NCBI GenBank assembly: GCA_036676395.1
Contig: JAKFCY010000003.1
Coordinates: 64,001 to 128,000, forward strand
Length of the DNA: 64,000 nt
Direction: 5' to 3'
DNA from: Bdellovibrio sp.
GTDB taxonomy: Bacteria > Bdellovibrionota > Bdellovibrionia > Bdellovibrionales > Bdellovibrionaceae
Shown here: positions 44,355 to 54,948 of the stretch, piece by piece
Numbering within the stretch: the stretch's first letter is position 1
Layout: every line of letters starts with the position of its first letter
Translations under genes and position numbers: made by a program
The notes under the pieces: model-generated
What the model was told of the DNA's origin: nothing
Databases searched by the model: none
What the model saw: the letters and a program-made list of their open reading frames with translations, nothing else

Positions 44355-46001
44355 ATGTATGAACTTCCTCAGCATTTAAAAAAATACTGTGTAGACCAAA
44401 ATTACGCGCGCTATACGCCGATCGATCAGGCCACCTGGCGCTATTGCCTGCGTCAGCTAAAAGATTTTTTATCTAAAAACGCGCACCCTATTTATATCGA
44501 AGGTTTAGAAAAAACCGGCATCAGCGAAGAACAAATTCCGCGTATTGAAGAAATGAGTGAAAAACTTAAAAACTTCGGCTGGACAGCCATGCCTGTTTCT
44601 GGATTTATTCCACCAGCAGCATTTATGGAATTACAATCGTTATCAATTTTACCGATTGCTTCTGACATGCGAAGTATTGATCACTTACTTTATACTCCTG
44701 CTCCGGATATCGTGCATGAAGCTGCAGGGCATGCGCCGATTATTGTTGATCCAGAATATGCAGCCTACTTAAAAGAGTATGCGCAAGTGGCGAAAAAAGC
44801 GATTATCAGCAAAGAAGATCTGGATTTGTACGAAGCAATTCGTGAATTATCAGACATTAAAGAAAATCCTACCTCGACTGCAGAACAAATCGCAGCTTCT
44901 GAAAAAAAATTGCAAGACACCATCAGGGCTTCAACTCATGTTTCTGAAGCCTCTGAATTATCACGTATGAACTGGTGGACAGCTGAATACGGTTTAATTG
45001 GTACTGTCGATAATCCAAAAATATTTGGCGCAGGATTATTATCATCTGTTGGCGAATCAAAACTATGCATGTCTGACAAAGTTAAAAAAATTCCCTTAAC
45101 AGTTGATTGCATTAAACAGACTTACGACATCACCGAACCACAACCCCAATTATTTGTGACACCTGATTTTAAAACTCTAGTTAAAGTTTTACACCAAATG
45201 GCTGGAACTATGGCTTACCGTATTGGCGGTAAAGCCGGTTTAGATAAAGCTATTCAGGCAAAATCTGTAAACACTGTTGAACTTGATACAGGCTTACAAA
45301 TCAGTGGCGTTGTGACTGAATACATTCAAGATTCTTCAGGTCATGTGATTTACATTAAATTCGCAGGACCGACACAAATCAGTCGTAACGACCAGCAATT
45401 ACCAGGACATAATAAAGAATATCACCAGCATGGTTATAGCTTTCCGCTAGGAAGCTATAAAACGGTTGGCAATACTTTGCAGTATGACTCTGGTGTTACG
45501 GTAACAGGTGATTTAGTTAAAACTGAACACGGCATTATGACTTTTAAAAACTGCACAGTGAAATACAAAGACCAAACACTATTTCAACCTGACTGGGGTA
45601 ATTTTGATATTACCATGGGTAATAAAGTGGTTTCAGTATTTGGCGGAGCCGCAGATCGCAAAAGTTATGGTGATACCGATGACTTCGTAGCAGCACGTGT
45701 GCCGACGCCAAATTACAACGCTGAACAAAAGGCTTTATTCGCGCTCTATCAAAAAGTTCGCGATTACCGCAAAGCTCGCTCTGAGTGGTCAGATTCTACG
45801 ACGATGGCTTTATTTGACCAGTGTTTAAACCAAGCTTCAGACCAATGGTTATTATTTGTTGAGATTCTAGAAATTGCTATAATGAGCAAACTTTCGCCAG
45901 TGTTAACGAAAAAAATGGAAGCTCACTTACAAACTATCAAATCTAACAACGAAAAATTGACATCAGTTATAGATGATGGTGTACGTCTAGCTTATGCGTA
46001 A
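44355..46001 (+). CDS. phhA: Phenylalanine 4-hydroxylase (long form with C-terminal extension)
   Basis: YTPAPDIVHEAAGHAP, WWTAEYGL, GAGLLSSVGE. Confidence 0.9.
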   Translation: MYELPQHLKKYCVDQNYARYTPIDQATWRYCLRQLKDFLSKNAHPIYIEGLEKTGISEEQIPRIEEMSEKLKNFGWTAMPVSGFIPPAAFMELQSLSILPIASDMRSIDHLLYTPAPDIVHEAAGHAPIIVDPEYAAYLKEYAQVAKKAIISKEDLDLYEAIRELSDIKENPTSTAEQIAASEKKLQDTIRASTHVSEASELSRMNWWTAEYGLIGTVDNPKIFGAGLLSSVGESKLCMSDKVKKIPLTVDCIKQTYDITEPQPQLFVTPDFKTLVKVLHQMAGTMAYRIGGKAGLDKAIQAKSVNTVELDTGLQISGVVTEYIQDSSGHVIYIKFAGPTQISRNDQQLPGHNKEYHQHGYSFPLGSYKTVGNTLQYDSGVTVTGDLVKTEHGIMTFKNCTVKYKDQTLFQPDWGNFDITMGNKVVSVFGGAADRKSYGDTDDFVAARVPTPNYNAEQKALFALYQKVRDYRKARSEWSDSTTMALFDQCLNQASDQWLLFVEILEIAIMSKLSPVLTKKMEAHLQTIKSNNEKLTSVIDDGVRLAYA

Positions 46002-46770
46002 GCTGGATGTACGAATCGTATTAATTAAATCAATCTATGAACGAAATATCGGGTCAACGTCACGGGCGATGGCCAATATGGGTTTCAAAAATTTAATTCT
46101 TTTAGCCCCACAGTGTGAAATCACTTTTGATGCCCAACAAGCCGCAGCCACTGGTCAATACGCTTTACAAAATCGCGTGGTTTATAAAAATTGGGCTGAA
46201 TTTTTTAAAAACGAACCCCAGGGTTTAATGATTGCAACCACTGCGCGTGATGGCCGCGGTCGCCAGGCGCAAGACTTACAATCCACTTTAAACTATTTCT
46301 TAGAAACCAATGCCGACTTAAAAAAAGAATCTGAGAATCCATTTGTGATTCATATCGTGTTTGGGCCAGAAGATGCAGGTTTAGCTGCCGAAGATATTTC
46401 ACATGCGAATTTTTGCTGCTCAATTCCTACTTACGGCGACAACACCAGTCTTAACCTTGCGCAGGCGACGTTACTTGCGATGTTCATCACACGCTCTGTA
46501 TTTGGCGGTGAAAAAGCTCAGCTTGAGGGCCAGCAAAAACCTAAAGCCTTACAGAAAAAAGACGAAGGTATTTTTCCGGATGAATCACTTCGCACTTGGT
46601 TAACTGAAATGGGATTTGCGTTAGATAAGAAAAAAATTAATGTCTACACGACATTAAAGCGCATGCTTTTACAAAATACGCCGTCGGCTAAAGAATTTCG
46701 CGTGCTTGAGATTGTATTACAACAAAGTATCAGAAAACTTCGCGCACTAAATGATCTGAAAAAAGACTAG
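45994..46770 (+). CDS. SPOUT RNA methyltransferase (TrmJ/TrmH family)
   Basis: NIGSTSRAMANMG, VFGPEDAGL, SLNLAQA. Confidence 0.9.
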   Translation: MRKLDVRIVLIKSIYERNIGSTSRAMANMGFKNLILLAPQCEITFDAQQAAATGQYALQNRVVYKNWAEFFKNEPQGLMIATTARDGRGRQAQDLQSTLNYFLETNADLKKESENPFVIHIVFGPEDAGLAAEDISHANFCCSIPTYGDNTSLNLAQATLLAMFITRSVFGGEKAQLEGQQKPKALQKKDEGIFPDESLRTWLTEMGFALDKKKINVYTTLKRMLLQNTPSAKEFRVLEIVLQQSIRKLRALNDLKKD

Positions 46771-46783
46771 CCGTCCGCGACGA

Positions 46784-47152
46784 CTAGCCAGCTAGGCTTC
46801 GTACTTTTTTAATTTTTTGATCTAAAACCGAAATATGCTCTGTTAATGACTTACCCTGATCATGCAAATCGGCGATGCGCTCATGGGCATCTTCGGTCAT
46901 CGAACCCACTAATTGCAGATTTTCAATCACCATATGAGTTTCTTCGATCTGGGCCTTAACGCTTTCGATCTTCTGAAACAGGGTTTGTTTCTGTTCGCTA
47001 AGTTCACGCATGGTTTCATGAATAAACTCCTGCGGCAGACCTTTAAGTTCTTTAATTTTTGGAAGATCTTCTTCTACGAAAGCTTCTATAAGAAGAGACC
47101 ATTCGGATTTCAGGGAACCTTTAGTAGCACTACTATGACTGTCATCGTTCAT
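46784..47152 (-). CDS. Hypothetical coiled-coil protein
   Basis: 122-aa ORF with heptad-like pattern; TGtTACAAT ends 6 nt before ATG. Confidence 0.65.
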   Translation of the reverse strand: MNDDSHSSATKGSLKSEWSLLIEAFVEEDLPKIKELKGLPQEFIHETMRELSEQKQTLFQKIESVKAQIEETHMVIENLQLVGSMTEDAHERIADLHDQGKSLTEHISVLDQKIKKVRSLAG

Positions 47153-47237
47153 ACTATGATTGTAACAATGCTGAATAGCATAAGTAACTAGACGATAGAC
47201 TAGACACTGTGGCTTTTAAGTATATAAGATTTAATAA

Positions 47238-48356
47238 ATGAATTTAGGACTTTTATTTATTGCAGCATTATTAGGTAGCTCTTTAGCCCTGGCCAAAGGT
47301 CCTGAAGTCGCATCTGCCCCGGTGATTTCTTTTAGTACTAAACCGGCAGTCAGCGGCAGCGATAGTATTTTATTATCTTTTAACGGCGATCTGATTATTC
47401 ATGAAGATCTTTACAAAAAAGTAATGGCCGATAAAAATCACGACTTTTCTATTCTTTGGAAAAAGACAATTCCCCTAATTACCAAAGCCGATTTTTCATA
47501 TGTGAATATGGAAGGGCCAACGGCTCTGGGTATCAACAACAAATTAAAAAACAAAGGTGATGTAGGTTTTGTTTATGATAACGAAGTCTATAGTGGCACA
47601 GATTTATTATTTAATTATCACCCCACATTGATCGATGCCCTTCAAAAATCAGGTTTTGATATCGTATCAACGGTCAATAATCATTCGCTGGATCGCGGAG
47701 CAAAAGGCCTAAATTCTACGATCGATGCTTTAACTAAACGTAATATGCCATTCATCGGTTCAAGAAAATCTGGCAGCGAAGATTCACTATACACTATAAC
47801 TAAAGTTAAAAATTTCACGATTGCCTGGATTGGCTGCACCGAAATGCTGAACGGTTTTTTTGATCGCAAGTCACAAGTCTATTTATGCTTTCAGCAGCGC
47901 GAAGAGATTTTAAAACTTATCGCACGCGTGATTTCAGAAAAAAAACCAGATGCCGTGATTATGACTCCGCACTGGGGCGTTGAATATTCACATAAACCTT
48001 CGCAAATTCAAATCGCACTTGCTCATGAATTTTTAGAAATGGGAGCCACTGCGGTGATCGGCTCTCACCCGCATGTCTTACAACCTGTTGAAAAATATGT
48101 GACTGCTGATAAACGCGAAACCTTTATCGCGTATTCACTGGGAAATTTCGTCGCTAATCAACGCGGTATTGAACGAAAATCATCAGCAGTTGTGTATTTA
48201 CAGTTATCTCGAGATAAATCAGGAAAAGCTGTGATCAGTGATTATTATTACGAACCTACGACAAGATTACGTGCAGATATTTTTCCAGCACGTGATGATA
48301 AAGCTGTGGTTAAGCATGTCGAACAGTTTCTAGGACCAATGGGCTCTAAGGAATAA
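47238..48356 (+). CDS. CapA-family metallophosphoesterase, secreted
   Basis: GDLIIH, NMEGP, NNHSLD.G, HWGVEY, GSHPHVLQP, YSLGNF. Confidence 0.92.
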   Translation: MNLGLLFIAALLGSSLALAKGPEVASAPVISFSTKPAVSGSDSILLSFNGDLIIHEDLYKKVMADKNHDFSILWKKTIPLITKADFSYVNMEGPTALGINNKLKNKGDVGFVYDNEVYSGTDLLFNYHPTLIDALQKSGFDIVSTVNNHSLDRGAKGLNSTIDALTKRNMPFIGSRKSGSEDSLYTITKVKNFTIAWIGCTEMLNGFFDRKSQVYLCFQQREEILKLIARVISEKKPDAVIMTPHWGVEYSHKPSQIQIALAHEFLEMGATAVIGSHPHVLQPVEKYVTADKRETFIAYSLGNFVANQRGIERKSSAVVYLQLSRDKSGKAVISDYYYEPTTRLRADIFPARDDKAVVKHVEQFLGPMGSKE

Positions 48357-48409
48357 ACGACATCACAAGATAAGCAATCATCAGCACCAAGTGCGTTGCT
48401 CCAGAGCAT

Positions 48410-49519
48410 TTAGTCACGAATAAGCCTTCCGGTTAAATACTGATCAGGAGAAAAAGTCTTATGTTTCACATTTTTAAGCACTAACTTGTGTTCTAAAGCT
48501 GGAATAGAAAAATGCTGCGACCACGATAAACCTTCACCAGATCCAATAATCACAGGCGCGGTAAAGACATGTAAGCGATCAATCAATCCCGCAGTTAAAA
48601 AGCTAGAGTAAGTTCTTGCGCCACCTTCGATAAAAACTGATTTGATTTTTAAATTCCATAATTGATTTAATAAATCATTTAAATCTATGAACTTTAATGT
48701 TTGATAATCAGTCGTAACATCTTTTTGTACGGCAAAGATGATTTTATCTTTTTTGTGTAAATCTAAAAATTTATAAGATTTTTTCGATGCGAGGACTTTT
48801 CCTTCAGGATCAATCACAATTAAAAAATTTTCTTTTTGAATACGCGGATGACGTACATTTAATGAAGGATTATCGGTTTCAATCGTTTTACGACCAACGA
48901 TGACTGCATCATACCACGCGCGTAGTTCATGCACGAATTCGCGTGAACTTTCTGAGGTAATCCATTTGCTTTCGCCACTGGCTAAGGCAATTTGGCCATC
49001 TAAACTTTGCGCCACCTTGGCAGCTACGAAAGTTTTTTTCTCTCTGAAGTTTTTTAAAAACACTTCACAAGTATCTTCAAGATCAGCTTTTAATTCGCCG
49101 TCATATTCTAAACAGCTGATACCAGCGGCGCGAATAATCTGTGCGCCTTGGCCTGCCACCAGCGGATTTGGGTCTTCTAAACCAAAGATCACTCTTTTGA
49201 GTGGCATTTTAGCGAGTGCTTTTGCGCACGACGGAGTTTTACCTTCATGGGCGCAGGGCTCTAAAGTTACATATACTTGTGCATTTTGAAGTTCAAAGTC
49301 GGTTAATTTAGAGTACGCATCAACTTCAGCATGAGGTTCGCCGTATTTATGGTGATAACCGCTGCTTAAGAATTTATTATTTTCATCGAGAATTACACAC
49401 CCAACTAATGGGTTCGGAGACACAAAAGGCGCACCTTTGTACGCCTTTTGAATCGCAAGCTTCATAGCCTGTTCGTCAGATAAAAAATCACCTTTATGAA
49501 AAGTTATTTTTTCATCCAT
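48410..49519 (-). CDS. ribD: Riboflavin biosynthesis deaminase/reductase
   Basis: PNPLVGCV, HAE, TLEPCAH.GKTPSC, SLDG, KWIT, IEGG. Confidence 0.96.
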   Translation of the reverse strand: MDEKITFHKGDFLSDEQAMKLAIQKAYKGAPFVSPNPLVGCVILDENNKFLSSGYHHKYGEPHAEVDAYSKLTDFELQNAQVYVTLEPCAHEGKTPSCAKALAKMPLKRVIFGLEDPNPLVAGQGAQIIRAAGISCLEYDGELKADLEDTCEVFLKNFREKKTFVAAKVAQSLDGQIALASGESKWITSESSREFVHELRAWYDAVIVGRKTIETDNPSLNVRHPRIQKENFLIVIDPEGKVLASKKSYKFLDLHKKDKIIFAVQKDVTTDYQTLKFIDLNDLLNQLWNLKIKSVFIEGGARTYSSFLTAGLIDRLHVFTAPVIIGSGEGLSWSQHFSIPALEHKLVLKNVKHKTFSPDQYLTGRLIRD

Positions 49520-50631
49520 GACTGCCAGTATGAATTCACTTCTGTTTTTTCAATGTAAGGATCAACTTGTAACGGACGTTGCGTATCAATCATCACGGCC
49601 ACTTCATCAGTGAACGTTTTAGGATTTGCGGCAGCTGCTGCAAACGCTTTTGGATGCGGCCCATGCGGCATTCCTGCCGGATGGAACGTCATCATGTTGG
49701 CGTGTAAGTTATCACGGCTAAAGAAGTTTCCGGCGTGATAGAATAACACTTCATCGTAATCAATATTTTGGTGATAGAACGGAACTTTAAGCGCGTCTTT
49801 ATCTGTTTCGATAAGACGTGGTAAGAACGTACAAACCACAAAACCATTCGCAGCAAACGTAGTATGCGTTGACGGTGGCAAGTGTACACGATGAGACATC
49901 ATTGGCATCATATCATCAATGTGAAGTGTAAATGGGAAGTAATCCCCTTTCCAAGCCACAGTGTCATACACGCATTGATCATAAGTAAATTTTGTAACAG
50001 TACCTGCACGACGAATGTTGATCTCTAATGATTCAACACCGTTATCTTTTTTAAATTGATAAAGTTCTTCTAAATTAGGTTTACCTAACGCTGCAAGATC
50101 ATAAAACGCATTACGTCCGACCATGCCACGGTCTGGTTCACGATACATTCCTACTAATGATTCAATGATTAAGAACTGTGTGTCTTCATCAAAAATAACC
50201 GTGTGGTGTAAAGATTTAGGAATATTAATGTAACTACCAACTTTGAATTTTAACAATCCGTACTCAGTTAAAACTTTTCCTGAACCAGTGTGAACGAAAT
50301 ATAATGTTTCGCCATCAACGTTTCTTAAAGCTGGAAGAACTGTTTTACCTTCTTTAAATTGAGTCTTTTTATTCCAACAAGAATAAATCACAACGTCGCT
50401 ATTAAATAATAAACGATTCCATGTTCCATTAACATATTCGCAAGGCACAAGATCATACAAGTGCGGCTTCAATGGACCTTCGATACTTGTCCAACGAGTT
50501 GGCGCTTTATCTTTTAATAAATGAGAAACTGGCCCGAAAAAACCTTTACGGCCATGCTCTTCTTCAAATTGACCTTCCGGAATCCCCTTATGGCCTTGGG
50601 TATGACTTTTACCTTGTGAATATTGATGCAT
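49504..50631 (-). CDS. hmgA: Homogentisate 1,2-dioxygenase
   Basis: EEEHGRKGFFG, HLPPSTH, PFYHQNIDYDE, HP.G.PHGPHP; directly downstream of hppD. Confidence 0.92.
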   Translation of the reverse strand: MHQYSQGKSHTQGHKGIPEGQFEEEHGRKGFFGPVSHLLKDKAPTRWTSIEGPLKPHLYDLVPCEYVNGTWNRLLFNSDVVIYSCWNKKTQFKEGKTVLPALRNVDGETLYFVHTGSGKVLTEYGLLKFKVGSYINIPKSLHHTVIFDEDTQFLIIESLVGMYREPDRGMVGRNAFYDLAALGKPNLEELYQFKKDNGVESLEINIRRAGTVTKFTYDQCVYDTVAWKGDYFPFTLHIDDMMPMMSHRVHLPPSTHTTFAANGFVVCTFLPRLIETDKDALKVPFYHQNIDYDEVLFYHAGNFFSRDNLHANMMTFHPAGMPHGPHPKAFAAAAANPKTFTDEVAVMIDTQRPLQVDPYIEKTEVNSYWQSWMKK

Positions 50632-51728
50632 TATAAATACCCTCTGGCACGTTGATCAGCTTCGATCGCGTCGAATAAGGCCTGGAAGTTTCCATTACCA
50701 AAACCATCGTGACCTTTACGTTGAATCACTTCAAAGAAAACCGGGCCGATTACGTTTTTAGTAAAGATCTGCAATAAATAACCATCATGATCGCCATCAA
50801 CTAAGATCGCATTTTTTTCTAAACGCGCGATATCTTCAGTTACCATTGGTAAGCGTTCTTTTAACATTCCGTAGTACGTGTGCGGCGGAGCGCTTAAGAA
50901 CTCCATTTCGTTTTTACGTAAGTCTTCTAATGTCGGAACAATATCATCAGTGATCATGGCGATATGTTGAATGCCTGAACCTTTATATTCATCTAAGTAC
51001 TCCTGAATTTGAGACTTAGAATCTTGTGGTTCATTGATCGGCACAGAAAATAATGAACATGGTGAACGCATTACTTTTGAAATTAAACCCGTAGATTTAC
51101 CTTTGATATCGAAATAGCGCGCTTCGCGAAAGTTAAAAACTTTCTCATAGAAATCACACCATTTTTGCATTTCGCCTTTAGGTACGTTATTTGTGAAATG
51201 ATCGATAATTTTCATACCTAAACCTGTTGGGTGTAAGTTGTTATTATCTTTTAAGCCGAAAATATTTTCATAAAGTTGTTTATGATTTTTTTCGTCGATG
51301 AAATAAACTAAAGAATCACCGATGCCATAAATTGCCGGAAACGGCGTCGCACCACGTGCAGCTTCAGAACCATCGTAAGCTTTTGCACCGCGAGCAACTG
51401 CCGTTTCAAAAGCTTTGTTAGCATCAGCTACGCGAAAACCGGAAGAAACTACCGCTGGCCCGTGGGCTTTGGCGAAATCCATCGCGAAAGTTCCAGGCTC
51501 AGTGTTTAAAATAAAATTGATGTCACCTTGGCGGTAAAGTTTAATTTTTTTACCCGCAATTTGAGCTACTTCAACAAAGCCCATTTTTTTAAATAAGTTT
51601 TCAAAGTGAACAGCGTCAGCACCGGCATATTCTAAAAAATCTACGCCATAAAGACCGATCGGATTTTGTTCAGTGATTTTCGCTTTTGACCAGTCGATGG
51701 TCACAGGAGTTGGAGCAAATTTTGCCAT
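50631..51728 (-). CDS. hppD: 4-hydroxyphenylpyruvate dioxygenase
   Basis: IDHFTNNV, PINEP, SQIQEYL, GIQHIA, LLQIFT, FFEVIQRKG..GFG.GNF.ALF. Confidence 0.96.
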   Translation of the reverse strand: MAKFAPTPVTIDWSKAKITEQNPIGLYGVDFLEYAGADAVHFENLFKKMGFVEVAQIAGKKIKLYRQGDINFILNTEPGTFAMDFAKAHGPAVVSSGFRVADANKAFETAVARGAKAYDGSEAARGATPFPAIYGIGDSLVYFIDEKNHKQLYENIFGLKDNNNLHPTGLGMKIIDHFTNNVPKGEMQKWCDFYEKVFNFREARYFDIKGKSTGLISKVMRSPCSLFSVPINEPQDSKSQIQEYLDEYKGSGIQHIAMITDDIVPTLEDLRKNEMEFLSAPPHTYYGMLKERLPMVTEDIARLEKNAILVDGDHDGYLLQIFTKNVIGPVFFEVIQRKGHDGFGNGNFQALFDAIEADQRARGYL

Positions 51729-51782
51729 TAAAAAACCTCTCTTGATTAATTGGGTAAATCTATCAAAAGGCTTAAGAACGGG

Positions 51783-53024
51783 TCAAAGATTTTGATAGAA
51801 GTTTTGCACGAGTGGATCAACAATAAACGAGCGCGGATTCCAGCGCACAATGTGTAATCCCGAAGCATCTCTAAGCCTTGAAAGTGCTACGTAAGCATGA
51901 CCGGGCTCCCATAAAGCACTTAAATCGCACCACAGCTCGTCTAGAGTAGCTCCCTGAGATTTATGAATCGTTGTCGCGTAAGCTAAAGTCAGCGGATATT
52001 GTATGACGCTAGCTCTCGCATTACCTTCCGCATCCAGCAAAGAAAAGGTCATTTTTTCAACTTTGACTTCGCGGCCGTAGTCTTTTTTAACGATCAAGTG
52101 CTGATCTTCTTCACCCACGATAATACCACGCGTGCCATTCACCCAGCGCTTTTGCATGTCGTTTTTTAAAAACATCACGCGGCAACCGATTTTAACTCGT
52201 AAAGTTTCAGGTACCGGCGATTGTTTTTTTAAATTTGTAACAAATTTTTCTTCACCAAAATAAATGGCTTCAAAGCTCATTTCTTTTTCGCTGATTTCAG
52301 CCAATCTTTTTTGATTATAATTTTCAGACTGTTCACGGCGCGGAAATAAACGCGTGCCCGGATGCTCTTCATCATGCGGTTTAGTGCGCTGATTTAAAAA
52401 ATCTGCGACCTTCTGAGTCATGCGCCCATTGCGGATTTCAGCCAGAACATCTAAAAATTCTGAGTCTTGTACCCGCTGATTATGTTTTAATTCACAAACT
52501 TGAAAGCCCGAGTTTTTCCAGACCGGACTTAAAAAACACCAGTCTCTTTTTTGCCCAGTTTTTGTCACCGGCGGCAGCTGGCCAAAATCACCAACGGCGA
52601 TCATGCGCATTCCACCCCAAGGTAATTTCGAATTTCTGGCTTTTTGCGCCAAAGCTTCAGCAATCATTAGGGCATCACCGGGTATCATCGAGATTTCATC
52701 AATAATACAGCCTTCGACTTTAGCTAGGCGTTTTAATATTTTGTTGTCTTTACTGGCACGCTCAAAGGTAGCGTCAGTTCCGCCCTCCATAATGCCTAGA
52801 CCAAAAAACGAGTGAAAAGTTCTGCCACCGAGCAGCACTGCCGCGGCTCCGGTGCTGGCTAAAATCGGCATAACTTTAGGATCTAAATCTTTTGTTAGTT
52901 CTTTAACGACAAAGGATTTACCGCTGCCCGCACCACCCGTAAGGAACACATTTTCGCCAGATCGCAATAATTCGAGGGCGTGAGCCTGTTCTTCTGAAAG
53001 TTGGACGGATTCTGTTTTTTTCAC
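51783..53024 (-). CDS. Pif1-family SF1B DNA helicase
   Basis: GGAGSGKS, TFHSFFG, DEISM, GDFGQLPPV, LAYATTIHKSQG, YVALSR. Confidence 0.92.
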   Translation of the reverse strand: MKKTESVQLSEEQAHALELLRSGENVFLTGGAGSGKSFVVKELTKDLDPKVMPILASTGAAAVLLGGRTFHSFFGLGIMEGGTDATFERASKDNKILKRLAKVEGCIIDEISMIPGDALMIAEALAQKARNSKLPWGGMRMIAVGDFGQLPPVTKTGQKRDWCFLSPVWKNSGFQVCELKHNQRVQDSEFLDVLAEIRNGRMTQKVADFLNQRTKPHDEEHPGTRLFPRREQSENYNQKRLAEISEKEMSFEAIYFGEEKFVTNLKKQSPVPETLRVKIGCRVMFLKNDMQKRWVNGTRGIIVGEEDQHLIVKKDYGREVKVEKMTFSLLDAEGNARASVIQYPLTLAYATTIHKSQGATLDELWCDLSALWEPGHAYVALSRLRDASGLHIVRWNPRSFIVDPLVQNFYQNL

Positions 53025-53123
53025 AACAGCTATACTAACCGTGTTATGACCTCAGTCAAAACGTAATCTCTTACCAGAAATGTTGTTGCTGCATGTCTTG
53101 GCTAGGCCTATACTGTTTCACCA

Positions 53124-53480
53124 ATGACTTACGAATTTAAACAAAAACTACCTAACCCTAATTTTGAAAATGTCTTTGATGTCACAGCCGAAGAAGTTAG
53201 AAGCAATGCTCAAAATCTAACGTTAATCGATGTGCGCCAACCGGAAGAATACACTGGAGAACTTGGACACGTTCATAATGCTCAATTAGTGGTGTTAGGT
53301 GAAATTCCAAACCAAATTAAAAATATTCCAACCGATAAACCGGTCGTGTTTATTTGCCGTTCAGGCATGCGCTCTGCTCAAGCCAGTGCCTACGCTTATT
53401 CGCTGGGAATCACGAATACCTACAATATGCTTGGTGGCATGTTGTTATGGAACAAACTCTCACTCCCAGTAGAAAACTAA
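53124..53480 (+). CDS. Rhodanese-like sulfurtransferase
   Basis: LIDVRQPEEY, CRSGMRS, GGMLLW. Confidence 0.92.
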   Translation: MTYEFKQKLPNPNFENVFDVTAEEVRSNAQNLTLIDVRQPEEYTGELGHVHNAQLVVLGEIPNQIKNIPTDKPVVFICRSGMRSAQASAYAYSLGITNTYNMLGGMLLWNKLSLPVEN

Positions 53481-53500
53481 CCAATACAGAAAGTACCTTA

Positions 53501-54880
53501 ATGTCGACAGAAAAAGTTTACGTCAACAGAACCTTGAACCTTAAAAAAATCAAATACATCGGTCTTGATATGGATCACACTTTGGTCCGCTACAATACTG
53601 AAAATTTTGAGCGCCTTTCACACACTACAATTATCGACAAGTTAGTGAATAAAAAAGGCTACCCAGAAATCGTTAAAAAATTCACCTTTGATTTTAATTT
53701 CGCATTACGCGGATTAGTGATCGATCGCCAACGCGGAAATTTATTAAAATTAAATCGCTACACGGCAATTCGTAATTCATTTCATGGTTTAAAACCTTTG
53801 GATTATAAAATTCACAGAAAAATGTATCACTCTACCTACATTGATTTATCAAAATCTGACTATTTAGCGGTAGATACAAGTTTTTCTTACTCACTAGCTC
53901 ACGCTTATTCGCAATTAGTGGATTTAAAAGATAGCGATCCTACTTTAAAATTACCTGAGTACTCAATCATTGCTGATGATGTTTTAGATGCTTTAGATGA
54001 AGCTCACCGCGACGGATCACTAAAAGATGCTGTTCGCAAAAATGTTGAACACTACATCATCAAAGATGAAAATGTTGTGCGCGCTTTAGAAAAATATAAA
54101 AAGCACGGTAAGAAAATTTTTATCGTAACAAATTCTGAATTTCATTATTCAAAATTATTATTAGATTATGCAATTAATCCATTTTTAAAAGATCACAAAT
54201 CTTGGGTCGATCTTTTTGAGTTCGTAGTTACGTTTGCGCAAAAACCTAAATTCTTCTACGAAGATGCTAGATTCTTAAGAGTAAATCCAGAAGATGGCAC
54301 AATGACCAACGTTGAAGGTAAATTGACTCCGGGTGTGTACCAAGGCGGAAATGCGAAGAAATTCACTTCAACATTAGATCTTGAAGGTGATGACATCCTT
54401 TACATCGGCGATCACATTTACGGCGACATCTTACGCTTAAAAAAAGATTGCAACTGGCGTACCGCAATGATCATCGAAGAGCTTGAGCATGAGATTAAAC
54501 AAAACAGAACAGCTGAACCTCTTATGGAAGAAATTGATTCTTTAATGAAACAAAAAGAGCCATTAGAAGATCATTTAACTGATTTAATGACTCAAAAATA
54601 CGAACGTTTAACAAAAGTTGATGAAACTAAAATCGACCAATTACAAAAAGACATTGGTGATTTTGACACTCAGATCAGCCAGCTCATTAAAAAACAGCAA
54701 GCGCTTTACAACCCTAACTGGGGTCAGTTAATGCGCGCTGGAAATGAAGAAAGTTATTTTGCGTATCAAATGGAACGTTATGCCTGCGTCTACATGAGTA
54801 AGGTGCAAGATCTTTTTGATCTATCACCAAGAACTTACTTTAGAGCACCACGACGTCCACTAAGTCACGAAGTCGAATAA
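53501..54880 (+). CDS. HAD-IG family 5'-nucleotidase (cN-II-like)
   Basis: VNR.L.L, GLDMDHTLVRY, VTNS, KPKFF, YIGDHIYGDI, WRT. Confidence 0.92.
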   Translation: MSTEKVYVNRTLNLKKIKYIGLDMDHTLVRYNTENFERLSHTTIIDKLVNKKGYPEIVKKFTFDFNFALRGLVIDRQRGNLLKLNRYTAIRNSFHGLKPLDYKIHRKMYHSTYIDLSKSDYLAVDTSFSYSLAHAYSQLVDLKDSDPTLKLPEYSIIADDVLDALDEAHRDGSLKDAVRKNVEHYIIKDENVVRALEKYKKHGKKIFIVTNSEFHYSKLLLDYAINPFLKDHKSWVDLFEFVVTFAQKPKFFYEDARFLRVNPEDGTMTNVEGKLTPGVYQGGNAKKFTSTLDLEGDDILYIGDHIYGDILRLKKDCNWRTAMIIEELEHEIKQNRTAEPLMEEIDSLMKQKEPLEDHLTDLMTQKYERLTKVDETKIDQLQKDIGDFDTQISQLIKKQQALYNPNWGQLMRAGNEESYFAYQMERYACVYMSKVQDLFDLSPRTYFRAPRRPLSHEVE

Positions 54881-54883
54881 TAA

Positions 54884-54909
54884 AGGTAGGCCGTCCCTTT
54901 TTGGGGAGC
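54884..54909 (+). repeat. 26-bp direct repeat, copy 1 (upstream of OmpA gene)
   Basis: AGGTAGGCCGTCCCTTTTTGGGGAGC, identical to 55605-55630. Confidence 0.92.
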
Positions 54910-54948
54910 GGCGAATCAAATTTACAAATAGCGAAAGGAAAACGCATT

